Source of the DNA: Nanobdellota archaeon
GTDB lineage: Archaea > Nanobdellota > Nanobdellia > Woesearchaeales > GW2011-AR4
Direction of reading: 5' to 3'
Assembly: GCA_038046685.1 (NCBI GenBank)
Contig: JBBSVT010000007.1
Span: 1-59,043 of the forward strand
Length of the DNA stretch: 59,043 bases
A model generated the notes under the pieces. The model was given only the letters and a program-made list of their open reading frames with translations, was not told where the DNA came from and made no database searches. Shown piece by piece: positions 27,980 to 37,378 of the stretch. Numbering within the stretch: the stretch's first letter is position 1; the number at the start of each line of letters is the position of its first letter. Made by a program: the position numbers and the translations under genes.

Positions 27980-29440
27980 ATGAGAAAAATAACTCTTTTG
28001 TTAATTTTGATTTTTATATTGGATATTGTCATAGTTAATGCGCAATTAGCTAAAGTGTATAATGAAGAAAATCTTGATTTTGATAGAGCTTATAGAGACC
28101 AGTATCTTAAAGATTATAACTATTTTTCAAATATAGATTATGTGAAAATTACTGGGGGTTATACAACTGTTATGAAAGTAGGTAATGTAAATGATAACAT
28201 TAAAGGAGTAAACATCAATAATGAAAAAAAATATGCTATTCATTTGCTGTATTGTGAACAGTCATATTGTGCTTTTAGAATAAATGGTGTACCTGCAGCT
28301 CAAATGCAAAGAGATTCTACTTTTAGATTGGATGATGAGTACGCTCTAAAAATAACAAATATAGTTGTTGATTTTTGTGACACCAAGGCTTTTTGTCATC
28401 TTGGAGCTGAGTCTTATGATATAGTTGACATTTTGATTGATGGTCCCTATAAACCATTTTGTGGCAATGGCATTTGTGATTCTGGAGAAAATTGCGAACA
28501 AGATAGCTGTTGCAGCGGAAAGAAAGTGGGTTTAAGCTACGACAAAGAAAATTGTGGAATGTGCGGTTATAGGTGTGATCCAGGTTTCGAGTGTGGTGAT
28601 GGTCGTTGTATTGAACAATGCCCAGAAACTGATAAATGTGATTTATGTAAATCAAAAAGTGTTGAAAAAATATGTGATTGCAACCAAGAATGTAAAAGCA
28701 ATTCATGCTTTAATGGTAAATGTATTTTAAGTGGGAATGATTTATCAGATTATCCCAATTTTTTAATAAAAGATGGTGAATTATATATAACAACAGTTGT
28801 CGGAGATAAATCATCATCTTCTAATGTATTAGCACAAACATATACAGTATCATCTTTATCAAGTTTGGGCAGAGACGTTAATATTAAAAATAAATTATCA
28901 AGTGAAATAACAGACTTGAATCAAAACATAATCTCGATAGGCAATCCTTGTGTAAATGAAATCAGTGCTAGAATAATGAATAACCCCAAACCTTGTAATA
29001 AAGATTTCCCAAGAGGTAAAGGACGTATAAAGCTATACAAAAATGGTGATTTTTTCCATTTAATTGTTGCAGGTTACACTGATTTAGGAACAAAAAAAGC
29101 AGCTGAAATTTTAGCTGATTACCAAAATTACAAATTTCAAGGAAATGAGTACGCATTTGAATTTGCAGGAGAGGAAGAAGTGTCAATAATTGAAGAAAAG
29201 AAAATTGAAAATACAACAAAAGCACAAATTACAGAGAAAGAACAGACTCAGAAAAATGTATCTAAAGAAACTGCAAATATCAAAATTAAAGATAAAGAAG
29301 AGCAGAAAATCATAGATAAACAAAAAGTGCCTCAGAAAATAGTTAAAATTAATGAAACAAAACAAGAAAAAAACCAAACAGAAAAATCAGACAATATAAT
29401 AAGCAAATTTATTTCATGGTTTTTATCATTACTCAGATAA
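27980..29440 (+). CDS. secreted Cys-rich protein with an S-layer-type domain and a C-terminal anchor
   Basis: It has a signal/TM segment and a Cys-rich module (CGNGICDSGENCEQDSCC...). An S-layer-like block follows (VVGDKSSSSNVLAQ...ISIGNPCVN...LIVAGYTDLGTKKAAEILA). A K/E/Q-rich tail and a terminal hydrophobic segment complete it. Confidence 0.55.
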   Translation: MRKITLLLILIFILDIVIVNAQLAKVYNEENLDFDRAYRDQYLKDYNYFSNIDYVKITGGYTTVMKVGNVNDNIKGVNINNEKKYAIHLLYCEQSYCAFRINGVPAAQMQRDSTFRLDDEYALKITNIVVDFCDTKAFCHLGAESYDIVDILIDGPYKPFCGNGICDSGENCEQDSCCSGKKVGLSYDKENCGMCGYRCDPGFECGDGRCIEQCPETDKCDLCKSKSVEKICDCNQECKSNSCFNGKCILSGNDLSDYPNFLIKDGELYITTVVGDKSSSSNVLAQTYTVSSLSSLGRDVNIKNKLSSEITDLNQNIISIGNPCVNEISARIMNNPKPCNKDFPRGKGRIKLYKNGDFFHLIVAGYTDLGTKKAAEILADYQNYKFQGNEYAFEFAGEEEVSIIEEKKIENTTKAQITEKEQTQKNVSKETANIKIKDKEEQKIIDKQKVPQKIVKINETKQEKNQTEKSDNIISKFISWFLSLLR

Positions 29441-29514
29441 ATGATTCCCAAAAACAAATTTGAAAAATATTCAACCGATAACTTTAAATATCAGTTGATA
29501 CTTTATAATATCAA

Positions 29515-30048
29515 ATGAAATCCTATAATATCAAAGAAAGAATAAAAGAATACTTTTTTATGAATCCAACTGCCAAAATGAGAGTCAGGCAGATAGAAAG
29601 AGAGCTAAAGCTGCCATTGCCTTCTGTAATAAGGTACTGCAAAGAATTAGAGAAGGAAGGCATACTAAATAAAATTGTTATATCCGGAATCAAATTCTAT
29701 GCTGCAGACAGAACAAATAAGCGATTCTTAGTCAAAAAGCTACTCTATAATATCGGGAGCCTTTACGAATCAAAGTTAATTGACGGTTTAATTCTAAAAT
29801 ACAGTAATCCGACAATAGTATTGTTTGGCTCATACTCAAAAGGCGAGGATACAGAAGGCTCAGATATTGATTTGTATATGGAAACTCCAAGCAAAATATC
29901 AATCATGCTTAGTGAATTCGAGAAAAAACTTCATAGAAAAATCCAGCTTTTCATATATAGGGGCATAAATCAGGTTGAAAACAAAAAATTGGCTAATAAT
30001 ATTTTAAATGGGATTGTCCTAAATGGTTTTGTTGAGGTTTTCAAATGA
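29515..30048 (+). CDS. wHTH plus minimal nucleotidyltransferase (MNT-type antitoxin), copy 2
   Basis: IVLFGSYSKGEDTEGSDIDLYM is present, and the C-terminal NGIVLNGFVEVFK parallels copy 1 (NGIVLEGFLEVRP). Confidence 0.75.
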   Translation: MKSYNIKERIKEYFFMNPTAKMRVRQIERELKLPLPSVIRYCKELEKEGILNKIVISGIKFYAADRTNKRFLVKKLLYNIGSLYESKLIDGLILKYSNPTIVLFGSYSKGEDTEGSDIDLYMETPSKISIMLSEFEKKLHRKIQLFIYRGINQVENKKLANNILNGIVLNGFVEVFK

Positions 30049-30440
30049 AAGAAGCATCTTGGGATGACTGCATATATTCAAACTCGGCACTTAAAGTGAC
30101 TTCCGATAAAGAAAAGGTAAAATCTTTAATCGAAACCGCGGAAGACAGAATAAAATTTTCAATATGGAATTTAAATGAAAAGACTGTGAATTATATATTT
30201 GAGGATTACTATTCTTCTGTCTTAGAACTGCTTCACTCATTAGTGATTTTGGATGGTTATAAAGTAAATAACCATATATGCTTAGGGTATTACCTTAAAG
30301 ACGTTTTGAAAAGAGAAGAGCTGTTTAGGATGTTTGATGATTGCAGGTACAGAAGAAATTCCTTGGTTTATTATGGAAAGAGAATGGACTTTAAAACAGG
30401 TAAAGGCTCAATAGAAAAAGCTAAGAGATTATTTAAGTAA
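30045..30440 (+). CDS. HEPN-domain protein, copy 2
   Basis: The 131-aa ORF has CRYRRNSLVYYGK. It overlaps the MNT gene by 4 nt. Confidence 0.65.
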   Translation: MKEASWDDCIYSNSALKVTSDKEKVKSLIETAEDRIKFSIWNLNEKTVNYIFEDYYSSVLELLHSLVILDGYKVNNHICLGYYLKDVLKREELFRMFDDCRYRRNSLVYYGKRMDFKTGKGSIEKAKRLFK

Positions 30441-30480
30441 CTGAAAAAAACAATTATTGGACAAACAAAATAAACTCAAA

Positions 30481-31608
30481 ATGATAACCCAAAAACAAAT
30501 ATCAAAATTATTAGAGAAATATGACAAGAAAAACTTAACCATAGGAGTACTTGGCGGACATTCAGCTTTGGATGTCTGCAGAGGAGCGCACATGCACGGC
30601 TTCAAGACATTGGTTGTATGCCAAAGAGGAAGAGAGCAGACTTATGCAAAATACTACAAAAGAAGGGAAGGAATCGGATTTGTTGATGATGTTATTGTTT
30701 TAAATAAGTTTTCAGACATAACAAAAAAGGAAGTGCAGGAAGAGTTGAGAAAAAGAAACATCATCTTTGTTCATAACAGATATTTCTGGGTTTATTGCAG
30801 CTATAAAGATATTGAAAATAAATTTTTGATTCCAATTTATGGCACTAGAGACATGGTTAAATTAGAAGAAAGAGATGCATCAAGAAATCAATATTACCTT
30901 CTGCAGAAAGCAGGAATCAGTATACCAAAACTTTTCAAAGATCCGAAGAAAATTGACAGGCTTGTTATTGTCAAGGTTGCAGAGTCGAAAAGAGGCTATG
31001 AAAGGGCATTTTTCTTGTGTTCAAATTACAAAGAATACAAAGAAAAATCAACGGAACTAATCAATCGGAAAATAATCAAGAAAAATAACCTAAACAAAGC
31101 AGTTATTGAGGAATATGTTATAGGCGCGCATGTTAACTTTAATTTCTTTTACAGTCCGTTAAGTGAACAGCTTGAATTGATGGGAACAGATACGAGACGA
31201 CAAACCAATTTGGATGGAATATTAAGATTGCCTGCAGCTGAACAGATGGAAGTTCTAAGGCATATTAAGCCAAAATACATTGAAACCGGGCACTTTACTG
31301 TAACTGTCAAAGAATCATTATTGGAAAAAATTTTCATTTTGGGAGAAAAATTTGTTGCAACAACAAAAAAAGAGCATCCTATCGGCATTATTGGGCCTTT
31401 TGCACTGCAAGGCGCTGTCGTTGCTGAAGAAGGCAAAGAAGATATTGTAATTTTTGATGTGAGCATGCGAATACCTGGGAGCCCCGGAACATTATTTACG
31501 CCATACTCAGGCTATCTTTATGGATATTCCATCTCCTATGGGGAAAGAATAGGGATGGAGATAAAAAAAGCAATTGAGTTGGGAAAGTTGGATTTGATTT
31601 GCACTTGA
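30481..31608 (+). CDS. purP: FAICAR synthetase PurP, paralogue 2
   Basis: IGVLGGHSALDVCRGAHMHGF and PKKIDRLVIVKV are present. The first ATG is at 30481; the track uses a TTG at 30457. Confidence 0.8.
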   Translation: MITQKQISKLLEKYDKKNLTIGVLGGHSALDVCRGAHMHGFKTLVVCQRGREQTYAKYYKRREGIGFVDDVIVLNKFSDITKKEVQEELRKRNIIFVHNRYFWVYCSYKDIENKFLIPIYGTRDMVKLEERDASRNQYYLLQKAGISIPKLFKDPKKIDRLVIVKVAESKRGYERAFFLCSNYKEYKEKSTELINRKIIKKNNLNKAVIEEYVIGAHVNFNFFYSPLSEQLELMGTDTRRQTNLDGILRLPAAEQMEVLRHIKPKYIETGHFTVTVKESLLEKIFILGEKFVATTKKEHPIGIIGPFALQGAVVAEEGKEDIVIFDVSMRIPGSPGTLFTPYSGYLYGYSISYGERIGMEIKKAIELGKLDLICT

Positions 31609-31676
31609 AAAGAAAATTTTGATTCTTTGAGAACCAAAATTTCCCTGAAATGAAAAATATTAATGAGGTTTAAGAA

Positions 31677-32771
31677 ATGATGCGGAATATTTCATCAAAA
31701 AAAAAATATAATGTTGTAGTAGGATTCTTAATTGTTTTAGTCACTATTTTACTCTTAATAGGATGTAAAGAAGAAACAAAAACCAATAATGTACAGAAGG
31801 AAAATATTGACCAAGAATTAAAAGAAAATAGAGAAGACTCTAAATGGGTACGCTACAGCAATAACCCAATATTCAAATCTAGTCCAGAATTATCTGATGG
31901 GGTGATGAGTGATCCTTCTGTTATTAAAGATGGCAAAGGTTACGTAATGTATTATGGAGCATCTAAAGGCGATTTTAGTGATACAAATAATGTTAATATT
32001 TTCAGAGTAACTTCTATTGATGGAATCGAATGGAATCGTAATTCTGTTCCGGTGCTTAAGCCTGGTAAAAAAGGAAATTGGGATTCGGTAAAAGTTGAAA
32101 CACCTCATGTTATAAAATTGACTGATGGAAAATATTTTATGTTCTATGCTGGCAACAATGTACCAGATACAGAAGGGGGGTTTCAAATGGGTGTTGCAAT
32201 ATCTGATGATGGTGTTAAGTGGGAAAAATATTCCAAGAATCCGATTTTAAAACTGGGTTCTAAAGGAGATTTTGATGAATTATCAATTTTTGAGCCAAGT
32301 GTTCTTTTCAAAGACAATGAGTACTATATGTGGTATGCTGGAATGTCTAATAAATTACAAGTTTCATTTGGACTTGCAAAAAGCAAGGATGGCGTTAATT
32401 GGGAAAAGAAAGGAAAAGTTCTGGAAATTGATGTAGAACGGCAAAACAGAAAAGAAGCAGGCATCATAGAAGACAATGTTATTTGGAATGGAAAGGAATT
32501 CGAGATGTTCTATGCCATTTTGCTTGATGAAGGCAAAATAGTTGGACCAATTTGGCATGCGATATCAAGCGATGGTATAACTTGGAAAAAGGACAAGAAA
32601 CCTATATTGAATTTCGGTGCAGAGGGATGGACAGCTCAGGGCTTAGCATCACCCACTGTTCTTATAGATGATGGTAAGTATAGAATGTGGTATGTTGGAA
32701 CAAAAACCGATTTCAAAACTTATTATGAAGGCGGATTTGGATTGGCTGAAAAAACTATACAGAATCATTAA
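31677..32771 (+). CDS. lipoprotein with a glycoside-hydrolase-like five-bladed beta-propeller (GH43/GH130-like)
   Basis: It has a lipobox (LLLIGC). Blade motifs repeat: W.(K/R)YS.NPI., DPSVIKDGKGYVMYY, FEPSVLFKDNEYYMWY and SPTVLIDDGKYRMWY. Confidence 0.45.
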   Translation: MMRNISSKKKYNVVVGFLIVLVTILLLIGCKEETKTNNVQKENIDQELKENREDSKWVRYSNNPIFKSSPELSDGVMSDPSVIKDGKGYVMYYGASKGDFSDTNNVNIFRVTSIDGIEWNRNSVPVLKPGKKGNWDSVKVETPHVIKLTDGKYFMFYAGNNVPDTEGGFQMGVAISDDGVKWEKYSKNPILKLGSKGDFDELSIFEPSVLFKDNEYYMWYAGMSNKLQVSFGLAKSKDGVNWEKKGKVLEIDVERQNRKEAGIIEDNVIWNGKEFEMFYAILLDEGKIVGPIWHAISSDGITWKKDKKPILNFGAEGWTAQGLASPTVLIDDGKYRMWYVGTKTDFKTYYEGGFGLAEKTIQNH

Positions 32772-32799
32772 AAAGAAAACGGGTTCCAGAATCCGGTCA

Positions 32800-34353
32800 A
32801 TGAACAATAATAAAATGATACTCGTCCTAAACTTTGGAGGGCAATATTGCCATCTTATAGCACGAAGAGTGCGTGATTTTGGCGTTTATTCTGAAATCTT
32901 GCCTTGTGATGTTTCTTTGAAAGAAATTGGAAAATTAAGGCCAGATGGAATTATTCTTTCAGGGGGCCCATCAAGTGTTTATGAAGATAATGCGCCAGTA
33001 ATGAACAAAAAAATCCTTGATTTGGGAATTCCTGTCCTTGGCATTTGCTATGGCTTGCAACTAATCGGAAAATTTGTTGGAGGCGAAGTTTTAGGCGGAA
33101 AATTAAAGGAGTTTGGAAAAAAAGAATTGTTTGTGAAAAAAAATGGCAAATTACTAAACGGGCTTTCAAAAAAAGAACAGGTTTGGATGAGCCATGGTGA
33201 CTTAGTTCAAAAACTTCCAAATGATTTTGAGGTTTTGGCATCTACTGACACTTGTAAGATTGCAGCCTTCGAAAATAGTAAGAGAAAATTGTACGGCATC
33301 CAGTTCCATGCAGAAGTTGTGCATACGCCAAAGGGAAATCAAATCCTGAAAAATTTTGTCTTTGACATCTGCAAAGCAAAAAAAGATTGGCACATTAAGA
33401 ATCTGTCAAAAAAATTAATTAAAGACATAAAAAAGGAAATTGTGCATAGTTCAGTTATTATGGGTGTTTCTGGCGGAGTAGACAGCACTGTTGCAGCTAC
33501 TTTGATACATAAAGCAATTGGCAACAAGCTATTTTGTGTTTGTATAGATCACGGATTGATAAGAAAAGGAGAAGCAGAAGAAATTAAGGATTTCTTCGAG
33601 AAAAAATTGAAATTTAAACATTTTTATTTTATTAACGCATCGCAAATATTTCTAGGAAAACTGAAAGAAGTTACAGACCCGGAAGAAAAAAGAAAAATTA
33701 TAGGGCATACTTTTATTGAGGTTTTTGAGAAGCAGGTTATTGAATTGGAGAAAAAGCACCCAGCAATAAAATTTCTTGGACAAGGAACTATTTATCCTGA
33801 TAGGATTGAAAGCGCTCAGCCTACAAAATACGCTTCCAAAATCAAATCACACCATAATGTCACTTTGCCTGAGAAGATGAAGCTAAAGGTCATTGAACCC
33901 TTAAAAGAATTTTATAAGGATGAGGTCAGAAAGCTTGGAAAAGAGCTAAAAATTCCTGATGAAATTCTGAACAGGCACCCCTTTCCAGGTCCAGGATTGG
34001 CCATAAGGATTTTGGGCGAGATTACCGAAGAAAGACTGAAAATTTTAAGAGAGGCTGATTATATTTTCATTGAAGAATTGAAAAAATCAGGTTTATATGG
34101 TAAAACATGGCAGGCATTTGCTGCTTTGTTCCCAGTCAAATCCGTGGGTGTGATGGGCGATGCAAGAACGTATGAGTATATCATTTCTTTAAGGGCGGTC
34201 ACAAGCATTGATGCAATGACGGCAGACTGGGCAAAGCTTCCAAATGAATTATTAGAAAAGATTTCCAACAGAATAATTAATGAAGTCAGAGGAGTTAACA
34301 GAGTTGTTTATGACATCAGCCAGAAGCCGCCAGCGACGATTGAGTATGAGTAA
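32800..34353 (+). CDS. guaA: GMP synthase (glutamine-hydrolysing), fused GATase plus ATP-pyrophosphatase
   Basis: ILVLNFGGQY, GICYG, SHGD, the PP-loop GVSGGVDS and C-terminal VYDISQKPPATIEYE are present. The start was trimmed to the ATG at 32800, after the upstream gene's stop. Confidence 0.95.
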   Translation: MNNNKMILVLNFGGQYCHLIARRVRDFGVYSEILPCDVSLKEIGKLRPDGIILSGGPSSVYEDNAPVMNKKILDLGIPVLGICYGLQLIGKFVGGEVLGGKLKEFGKKELFVKKNGKLLNGLSKKEQVWMSHGDLVQKLPNDFEVLASTDTCKIAAFENSKRKLYGIQFHAEVVHTPKGNQILKNFVFDICKAKKDWHIKNLSKKLIKDIKKEIVHSSVIMGVSGGVDSTVAATLIHKAIGNKLFCVCIDHGLIRKGEAEEIKDFFEKKLKFKHFYFINASQIFLGKLKEVTDPEEKRKIIGHTFIEVFEKQVIELEKKHPAIKFLGQGTIYPDRIESAQPTKYASKIKSHHNVTLPEKMKLKVIEPLKEFYKDEVRKLGKELKIPDEILNRHPFPGPGLAIRILGEITEERLKILREADYIFIEELKKSGLYGKTWQAFAALFPVKSVGVMGDARTYEYIISLRAVTSIDAMTADWAKLPNELLEKISNRIINEVRGVNRVVYDISQKPPATIEYE

Positions 34354-34383
34354 ACTAATTGCTTAAGTGGTTATTATTCACTT

Positions 34384-35133
34384 TTAGTGCCACATTCTTG
34401 AACCCATTTCCCTACGCAAACTTTGCACAAAAGGGTCAATGCCAATATATTTTCTCGTTGCAAAGTTGAGGGCTTGCGCTGTTTGTATAAATTCTTCCTC
34501 AAAACTCATTCTAATGAAAATAGGTTCTACTTCCTTACTAAGAACATGTGCCCTGAAATAGCATGTCGAACCGATTTTTTCATAAGCATCGGCTGGCATC
34601 GGTCTTAGCTTACCTGAGTGCCTAACATGCTCAGCGAATACTCCAGCTAGAAATAGTGCAAGCTCGCCCAAGTGGACATATGCTCTAAAAGCATCCTCTT
34701 TTGTGCCATCTTTTCCACATTTTTCTTGGACTAAGTTTACCATATCTCCTAATGTTCCCAAGTCTCTTTCTCTTCTTGGCAAAAATCTGTATTCTTTTTC
34801 TTGGCAGGAAAATCTTGACAACATATCAGCAGCGTACATAATCATATCATCATCTTCAATGCCGGCCTTTGGAAAAGCCTCTTGAACAACAGCTAAGCTG
34901 TACAGATATGGAGACACTCTAACTACCCTCAATTTTTTTTCTTCTAGGTAGGCTTTGTCAACAGGCGGTCTGACTAAGTCGTCAAACACTTCCTTTCTTC
35001 TCAACAAAAAGCGAACTTTCCCAGCTATATTCTCATCTTCAAGCTTCAGCGAAGTAATAGATTCCAATGGGCCATGCACATATCCCCTTAAGAATTCTAA
35101 ATCGGCTTCCATTAGACCGTGGGCTTTATGCAT
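34384..35133 (-). CDS. hypothetical protein (Arg-rich, visibly less AT-rich than neighbours)
   Basis: The 249-aa ORF matched no family I recognise. Confidence 0.55.
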   Translation of the reverse strand: MHKAHGLMEADLEFLRGYVHGPLESITSLKLEDENIAGKVRFLLRRKEVFDDLVRPPVDKAYLEEKKLRVVRVSPYLYSLAVVQEAFPKAGIEDDDMIMYAADMLSRFSCQEKEYRFLPRRERDLGTLGDMVNLVQEKCGKDGTKEDAFRAYVHLGELALFLAGVFAEHVRHSGKLRPMPADAYEKIGSTCYFRAHVLSKEVEPIFIRMSFEEEFIQTAQALNFATRKYIGIDPFVQSLRREMGSRMWH

Positions 35134-35186
35134 TAGCCCGCAATTTTTGTTTTTGTATATAAATTTTACGGCAATAAATTATAATT

Positions 35187-35888
35187 TCACTTCTTTAAAT
35201 AGAATTCTCTATTCTTCTCATCAAACCTTTCAATAGCGTACCTGAGCATTGTTCTTGGCATTTTTTTGTGGTGTTTTTTCAAGAAATCTTCTTCCACTTC
35301 TTGATTTCTTTTTCCAATTTCCCTAAGCATCCATCCAACTGCTTTGTGAATCAAATCGTGCTTATCATTTAACAACATTTCAGAAATTCTTAATGTGTCG
35401 TCAAATTGGTTGTTCTTGATAAAATGAAATGTTGCAATTACTGATATTCTTCTTTCCCAAACATTTTGGGATTTTGATAATTCATACAAAATTGATTTAT
35501 CCCTGTCAAACAAATAGCTTCCAACTATTTTGTCAGCAGTCAAATCCACCAAATCCCAATTATTTACATACTTCAAGTTACTGAGGTAGAAGTCAAAGAT
35601 TTCTTGTTTTATAGTTTGGCTTCCTTTGTTGTATTTTTCAACCAGAATAAGCAATGAAGTTAGCCTATATTCATGGATTTTGTTTTTTAACAGTTCCCGA
35701 ATATCTATCAATTGCAAATTGATGTATTTTTTAGCTAACCTTCTTTGTTCCGGAACTGAAATACCAAGAAAAAAGTCTCCTTCTCCATATTGTCCCCTGC
35801 CAGTTTTGAAGAAACTCGAAAGAATCATTGCTTTACCAGGGTCCCTAAATGTTCTTAATTCTTTTTTGATATTTGAGAGCATTTGCAT
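35187..35888 (-). CDS. DNA alkylation repair protein (AlkD-like HEAT-repeat family)
   Basis: RDPGKAMILSSFFKTGRGQYGEGDFFLGISVPEQRRLAKKY, NNWDLVD and VGWMLREIGK are typical of the DNA_alkylation family. Confidence 0.7.
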   Translation of the reverse strand: MQMLSNIKKELRTFRDPGKAMILSSFFKTGRGQYGEGDFFLGISVPEQRRLAKKYINLQLIDIRELLKNKIHEYRLTSLLILVEKYNKGSQTIKQEIFDFYLSNLKYVNNWDLVDLTADKIVGSYLFDRDKSILYELSKSQNVWERRISVIATFHFIKNNQFDDTLRISEMLLNDKHDLIHKAVGWMLREIGKRNQEVEEDFLKKHHKKMPRTMLRYAIERFDEKNREFYLKK

Positions 35889-35937
35889 TGTCAGTTTAAT
35901 AATGAAAATATCCAGAATTTAAGCATAAACATTCGAT

Positions 35938-36354
35938 TTAACTAAATAAGACTCCCTTAGGGTAGTTCAATTGACGAGCTTGGGTTCTTGCGAAATCAAG
36001 CAAACTTTCCAAAGTTTTCTTGTCTCTTGCAGAGAGAGCATGAAGGGCAGAAGCAATTTCTGTAACAAACTCAGTTATTTCAAAGCTAACTAAATGATAA
36101 GCATCAGGCAACTTCCTTTTCTTCAATAATTGCCAATATGCGGACTCAAGTCCACACTTTATCGTAGACAACCCATCTTCAGCACCATAACTAACCTCGT
36201 GATATGACAATGCTCCATTAAGAACAGATAACTCCTCCAGCAACGCAGAGATTCGTCTGTAATCAGATTCTGCTTGAGATGGCATCTGAACTACTCCAAT
36301 AAATTCTCCTAAATCTCTAAATTCGATACCGTTAGATTGTAAAGCGCTGACCAC
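35938..36354 (-). CDS. hypothetical protein, possibly the 3' part of a frameshifted gene
   Basis: The 138-aa ORF has a GTG start. A 36-aa ATG-initiated ORF (36362-36472) lies just upstream in another frame; see findings. Confidence 0.5.
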   Translation of the reverse strand: MVSALQSNGIEFRDLGEFIGVVQMPSQAESDYRRISALLEELSVLNGALSYHEVSYGAEDGLSTIKCGLESAYWQLLKKRKLPDAYHLVSFEITEFVTEIASALHALSARDKKTLESLLDFARTQARQLNYPKGVLFS

Positions 36355-36598
36355 TGATTCTCTATGAGCTAAAATTCTCTCTGTCGTATTTTATAGCATA
36401 AAGGATAGCTCCTGCTTTGTCTGGGTTAATTTCCGCTAGGTTAAATTGCTCCCAAAGAGTTTTTTCTGGCATTTAATCTCCAATTTTAAATCATATGATT
36501 GCTGATCTTAAGGAAATTTCTGTTAAACTCTTTCCCAGTTGTGTAGTTCTGGGAAATTTCGTTCCGAAATGTAAAATTTTGGGCGCCGTTACCGAAAT

Positions 36599-37282
36599 CT
36601 ATTTACAATAACAATAGCATTGAATCGGTCCACTAGCAGCTTTAAATCCTCCCTCAGGCGTTTTTTGCACAGAAACAGGCATATTAGATAAAGGTAATGT
36701 TGTTTTTGCTTCAGTTTTTCCTTTTTCAGCACATAATGAGGAACATTCAGGACATTCTCCTTCTGGAATTACTGTAGTATATCTACAGAAACAGCCATCT
36801 TCATTACAAGTAAATGAGATACATCCCAATTTTGTTAATGAATATATTGGAGAACTAATAAGAATTAATGCTATTAAGATTATCGAAAAAATTGTTGTTT
36901 TTCCCATTGATATTTTTGAAAATAATAAAAATGGAATATTGAATAGTATAATGAATATGATGAAAAAAATAATTGGATTAGGAGCATTGAACATAGAAAT
37001 CATATCAGTTCCAGTCCACTTTTGATTCATATTATAAATTAAGAAATTTGGAATTAGTAAGATTATTCCAACAATTAATGAAACAATCAATCCGCTCTTG
37101 AATGAAGATTCCTTTACCTCAATTATTTTTGAAAGAATAAAAACAACTATTAATGCAAAAAAAATATGAACAACTGCGTAGGTGGTATAAGATAATTTCA
37201 TTGCAAATGCAATAAATGAATAGATTAATAGAAATAATATTGATGAAACAGCGATTAGTATTATTGATTTTTTATCTGCCAT
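36599..37282 (-). CDS. polytopic membrane protein with a Cys-rich C-terminal tail
   Basis: The 227-aa ORF has 6 or more hydrophobic segments. The tail has 12 Cys and ends CYCYCK. Confidence 0.55.
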   Translation of the reverse strand: MADKKSIILIAVSSILFLLIYSFIAFAMKLSYTTYAVVHIFFALIVVFILSKIIEVKESSFKSGLIVSLIVGIILLIPNFLIYNMNQKWTGTDMISMFNAPNPIIFFIIFIILFNIPFLLFSKISMGKTTIFSIILIALILISSPIYSLTKLGCISFTCNEDGCFCRYTTVIPEGECPECSSLCAEKGKTEAKTTLPLSNMPVSVQKTPEGGFKAASGPIQCYCYCK

Positions 37283-37378
37283 ATCATGAAATTATCCATC
37301 ACATCTATTTATATATTTCGATTCAAAGACATCAAGGCGCCCAAAATTTTATTGAGTTGATCAAGTATTTACTTTTTC

